Positions 60,574 through 64,000 of a stretch of 64,000 nucleotides of DNA are shown piece by piece. Made by a program: the position numbers and the translations under genes. Under the pieces are notes generated by a model. The model saw only the letters and a list, made by a program, of their open reading frames with translations, made no database searches and was not told the origin of the DNA. Source of the DNA: an uncultured delta proteobacterium (GTDB taxonomy: Bacteria > Desulfobacterota > Binatia > UBA9968); NCBI GenBank assembly GCA_963737905.1, contig CAVTUQ010000012.1, positions 1 to 64,000 of the forward strand, given 5' to 3'. Position 1 is the first letter of the stretch. The number at the start of each line of letters is the position of its first letter.

Positions 60574-62016
60574 TCATTGTGATTTTTTCTTTTGTAATAG
60601 AGCCCTCAGTTTCTTTCCGAAGTCGGCGTTGTCCTGATAGCCTTTGAACTTTTCCGCTCCGGCGCCGAGGGCGGCGACAAATACCGGTTGGTTAGTGTGG
60701 GCCGTGGTCAGCCAGTAGGCCTGGGTATTATTGGCAATCATCATTCCCAGAGCGCTGGTCGTCGGGTCGCTGAAACTGAAAATGGACCGTGAGATGGGTT
60801 GCCGTTTGATGATCGCCTCTTTGTAGTCGGGCGCGAGGGTAAAGCCTTTGAAATACTCTTTCATGAGGGCGTCGATGGCTTCACTGGTGGGATTCGGTCC
60901 AAGAATTCCAGAAGCCTTCTTCAGTGAGATAGGGATCGAATCGAGCTTCTTTAGGTCATCGACCGTTGCCGCCACCTGATTTGACAAGTTGGTGCTGCTG
61001 AGATCCTTTAAGGCCAGGGTGAAGCCGAGACCGCCGGTTTCATGATCCGAAGTTACGAGAATCAAGGTCTCACGCGGATGCTTCTGGTAGAACTCATAAG
61101 CGAGTCCCACCGCTCGATCGAACTCACGGTAGTCACGAATCATTGAGGCGATGTCGGTTTGGTGGGAGGCGGTGTCGACGTTCTCGTTCTCGATAAAAAC
61201 AAAGAAGCCATGGGGGTTGCCGTTGTTAAGCAGGCGAATTGCCGCCTGGGTCATGTCGTAGACGGATGGCTCCGACTCCTTGTTGCGGTCAATCTCGAAG
61301 CTCATATCGCCGAGACTGAAGAGTCCCAAAACTTTGCCGCGCTGCGCTCGCTCAAGCTCTTGCTTGTTTGAGACATAGAGATAGCCCTTGTTCACGAACT
61401 CCACGATCAGGTCTATCTCGTCCTTCCTGCGGCTCCCCGGTTGGCTGCTGGGTAGAAACTGTTCTTTGCCCCCTCCAAGAAGGAGTTCAGGTGCCAGTTC
61501 CAAATAGCGATTCAAAATTACCGGATAGTCTCGACGATTTGGGACGTGACTGACGAATGCGGCGGGACTGGCATCATAGATGGGTGCATTGGTCACGAGC
61601 CCCACACGCATACCATTTTCTTTGGCGATCTCCATGGCTGTTTTCGGAACCGATCCGTCCGCGCACATACCGAGAACCCCCAGTTTGGCCTTACAGCCGC
61701 TCGCCAATGCGGTTGCGGCTGCGGCCGAGTCCGTGGAAAGAGAATCGCTGGCGTCAGTGGTCACGAGTCCTAAGGTGCCTTCTTTCATGATCCTGTCGAC
61801 AATGACCAATCCTTCGTTGTGTAGGAGTCGATTGTATTGACGCGTGATTTCCATGTGCGTGGTGCCGGCGCCGTCGGCGAGAAAGAGAAAAATATATTTC
61901 GGCGCTACTGTGGAATTTGCTTCTCGCTGCGCTGCCCGGGGCGAGCCATCGATCCACAGCGGCGCCAGGATCAAGAGCGTTAAAACCAAGAGTCTGAACC
62001 GGTGATGTGTTTTCAT
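60574..62016 (-). CDS. Alkaline phosphatase
   Basis: Signal peptide; LADG, TDSAAAAT, DASPA, DTASH, TSDHETGG. Confidence 0.9.
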   Translation of the reverse strand: MKTHHRFRLLVLTLLILAPLWIDGSPRAAQREANSTVAPKYIFLFLADGAGTTHMEITRQYNRLLHNEGLVIVDRIMKEGTLGLVTTDASDSLSTDSAAAATALASGCKAKLGVLGMCADGSVPKTAMEIAKENGMRVGLVTNAPIYDASPAAFVSHVPNRRDYPVILNRYLELAPELLLGGGKEQFLPSSQPGSRRKDEIDLIVEFVNKGYLYVSNKQELERAQRGKVLGLFSLGDMSFEIDRNKESEPSVYDMTQAAIRLLNNGNPHGFFVFIENENVDTASHQTDIASMIRDYREFDRAVGLAYEFYQKHPRETLILVTSDHETGGLGFTLALKDLSSTNLSNQVAATVDDLKKLDSIPISLKKASGILGPNPTSEAIDALMKEYFKGFTLAPDYKEAIIKRQPISRSIFSFSDPTTSALGMMIANNTQAYWLTTAHTNQPVFVAALGAGAEKFKGYQDNADFGKKLRALLQKKKSQ

Positions 62017-62038
62017 GGGTTCCCTTCTGCAAAAAGAA

Positions 62039-62734
62039 TTACGACGAGCCACGGCGAAATGCGAGCCATAAAGAAAGCGCCGTATAATAGGCCGGAAAAA
62101 CCAAAGATACAAATACGAGGGCGCGCGGCGGCTCAGGAAGAAGATAGATAATTCCGAGTACCGCCAAGCCCCAGAGGCTTCCCAGGCTGTTCGTTAAGAC
62201 GCGAAAGTGAGGGCTTCGACTGGGGTAGATGTATTTGATCGGAACGAAAACAAGGAGTGAGAAAAGGAGAATTGCAAAGGCATTGATCCAAGGAGGCGAT
62301 TGCAGGATATAAAAATAAAACACAATGATATTCCAGTAAGAGGGGAAACCGAGAAAAAAATTGTCGCTTGTTTTTGCTTGCTTTTGGCAGAAGCCATAGG
62401 CGCTGGCGAGCAGCGGGAGGCTTGAAAGCCATAGCGCGTCTTCTGCTGGGAGTAGATTGGCGTGAATAAAGAACCAGCAGGGAACAATGACGTAGTTCGC
62501 ATAATCGATGATGTCTTCCAGGCGGTCGCCGTCAAACCAGGGAAGGATTTGTTTAACTCGCGCGGCTCGCGCGAGGGTGCCGTCGGTGGCATCGATGACG
62601 ACGGCCAGAGACATGAGCCAAAAGGCTTCCTGAAACTTGAACTGTTCAATGAAAATGATTGTGACGAATGCGACAACGGCACCGAGCGCCGTATAGAAAT
62701 GTACCAGCCAGGCGAGCGCCAGCTTACCTGTCAT
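62039..62734 (-). CDS. pcs: Phosphatidylcholine synthase (CDP-alcohol phosphatidyltransferase)
   Basis: VHFYTALG, IDATDGTLAR...DG..LEDIIDY, FLGFPSYWN. Confidence 0.85.
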   Translation of the reverse strand: MTGKLALAWLVHFYTALGAVVAFVTIIFIEQFKFQEAFWLMSLAVVIDATDGTLARAARVKQILPWFDGDRLEDIIDYANYVIVPCWFFIHANLLPAEDALWLSSLPLLASAYGFCQKQAKTSDNFFLGFPSYWNIIVFYFYILQSPPWINAFAILLFSLLVFVPIKYIYPSRSPHFRVLTNSLGSLWGLAVLGIIYLLPEPPRALVFVSLVFPAYYTALSLWLAFRRGSS

Positions 62735-62743
62735 CCACCTGAC

Positions 62744-63349
62744 TTAAGTCGCCGATGCGGCAAAGCTTGGCCGAGCTTTCAGGCGGGCAATCCAGGCGTG
62801 TATATTTTTATATTTCGGGTCGACCTGGACCTGTATTCGATCGAGGGTATCGATATTAGGAATGAAAGCGATATCGGCAAGGCTGAAGGGGCCAGCCAAA
62901 TATTCGCGGCCTTCGAGCTCCTTTTCAATGCGATCAAAGCATTCGGCAATTTTAGCCCTGGCCTGCTCTATGACCTTCGGGTCTCTTTCCGGTTCGGGTT
63001 TGCGAAGCTCGCGGTTGAGCTGTCCACTAGCAGGGTTGAAGTGGCTGTCCCGCAGATCTTCCATGAGGCGTGCTCGCGCGCGCCCCTCTGAATCTTTAGG
63101 CATCAAGGGCGGGTAAGGGTATTCGTCCTCGAGATATTCGTTGATAATGGTGGAATCGTAGACGACAAAGCCCTCGTCATCCAAGGCCGGCACCGTACCG
63201 AAGGGATGAATCTTGAGGTATTCTGGATTTTTTTGCTCTCTCTTGGAGAGGTCGATTGTGACGCGCTCGAACTCCAAACCTTTTTCCAGAAGAACGACTC
63301 TCACTTTTCGAGAATTGCTCGAAGCAGGGTAGGTGTATAATTTGATCAT
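62744..63349 (-). CDS. Glutathione S-transferase family protein
   Basis: HPFGTVPAL.D, DSTIINEYL, FSLADIA. Confidence 0.92.
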   Translation of the reverse strand: MIKLYTYPASSNSRKVRVVLLEKGLEFERVTIDLSKREQKNPEYLKIHPFGTVPALDDEGFVVYDSTIINEYLEDEYPYPPLMPKDSEGRARARLMEDLRDSHFNPASGQLNRELRKPEPERDPKVIEQARAKIAECFDRIEKELEGREYLAGPFSLADIAFIPNIDTLDRIQVQVDPKYKNIHAWIARLKARPSFAASAT

Positions 63350-63565
63350 CAGCAGCCATCCTCCTTAACGTGAAATCATTCTAGCACAAGGATAACGTCA
63401 CTGTGAACTATGAAATTTTCATTTTTTTTTCCATTAAAGGGAGGCTTGATCCTGTCCAGGCGCAAAGATGTGATCCGGCCCGCCGTCCCCGCCGTGGTGC
63501 TTTGATTTCGGAGATTAAGGACGGAAAAATGATTATTAAAAATATGGAACTGGGGGCGGGCGGGG

Positions 63566-64000
63566 CTAACTCCGCGGGCGCAGGGTTGCTTTCAAGGTCA
63601 GCGGCTGACTATTTCTGAGAACGGTGATCTCCACCGAATCGCCGGGCTTTTTACTGCGTAGCGCTGCCAGTAGATCCTCCAAATTTTGAATCTTCATCTC
63701 GGCCAGTTTGATGATCACGTCGCCCTCCCGAAGTCCGGCGAAGGCAGCGGGGCTTCCTTCGGAAACTCCGGCCAGCCGAACGCCGTCGTCGTTTGCTCCG
63801 AAATCCGGAATGCTCCCCAGGTAACTGCCATAACCTTGCCCTTCCGTGTTCCCGTCGCCAGGGGGGCGTGACGGGAGGCTGACGAAATTCATCGGCTCTT
63901 TGAGGTTGGCTATTCTCTGAGCTACGCCCAAAACCAGTTCGGTTACCGTGGCCATCCCTTGGATATTCAATTTCTCCCACGTATCGCTGGGCCGGTGATA
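63566..64000 (-). CDS. M28-type peptidase with C-terminal PDZ domain (partial; runs off window)
   Basis: YHRPSDTWEKLN then YLGSIPDF...GSPAAFAGLREGDVI. Confidence 0.8.
   Translation of the reverse strand, partial: YHRPSDTWEKLNIQGMATVTELVLGVAQRIANLKEPMNFVSLPSRPPGDGNTEGQGYGSYLGSIPDFGANDDGVRLAGVSEGSPAAFAGLREGDVIIKLAEMKIQNLEDLLAALRSKKPGDSVEITVLRNSQPLTLKATLRPRS

Overview
Bacterial window, gene-dense, with no rRNA, tRNA or CRISPR array seen. Gene content and intergenic repeat style suggest a deltaproteobacterium-like lineage such as Ca. Binatia (inference only). It reads as a large low-oxygen/energy-stress island: Hsp20, three tandem-USP proteins, CBS proteins, a hemerythrin-like protein, a Pat acetyltransferase, glucan phosphorylase, and formate dehydrogenase plus an FNT channel. 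About 15 sigma54-type (-24/-12, GG-N10-GC) motifs sit in front of operons, including four divergent pairs. Notable embedded elements: (i) a class I benzoyl-CoA reductase operon without recognisable badI/oah, with an amidohydrolase directly after badH, Abm-like beta-oxidation genes, a GNAT and a non-decarboxylating glutaryl-CoA dehydrogenase; (ii) an MtrA/MtrB porin-cytochrome conduit next to a 9-heme cytochrome, Rieske/cytochrome b, a ~10-heme cytochrome and two cupredoxin-like proteins; (iii) a Na+/K+-ATPase-like P-type pump fused to a PTS EIIA domain; (iv) an unannotated 58-codon membrane ORF with an in-frame UGA plus a SECIS-like hairpin (candidate selenoprotein); (v) a complete IS with terminal inverted repeats and a 6-bp target duplication splitting a permease gene. 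Many genes after 28 kb carry frameshifts, most likely sequencing/assembly indels. All family assignments come from motif recognition by eye, not database searches.
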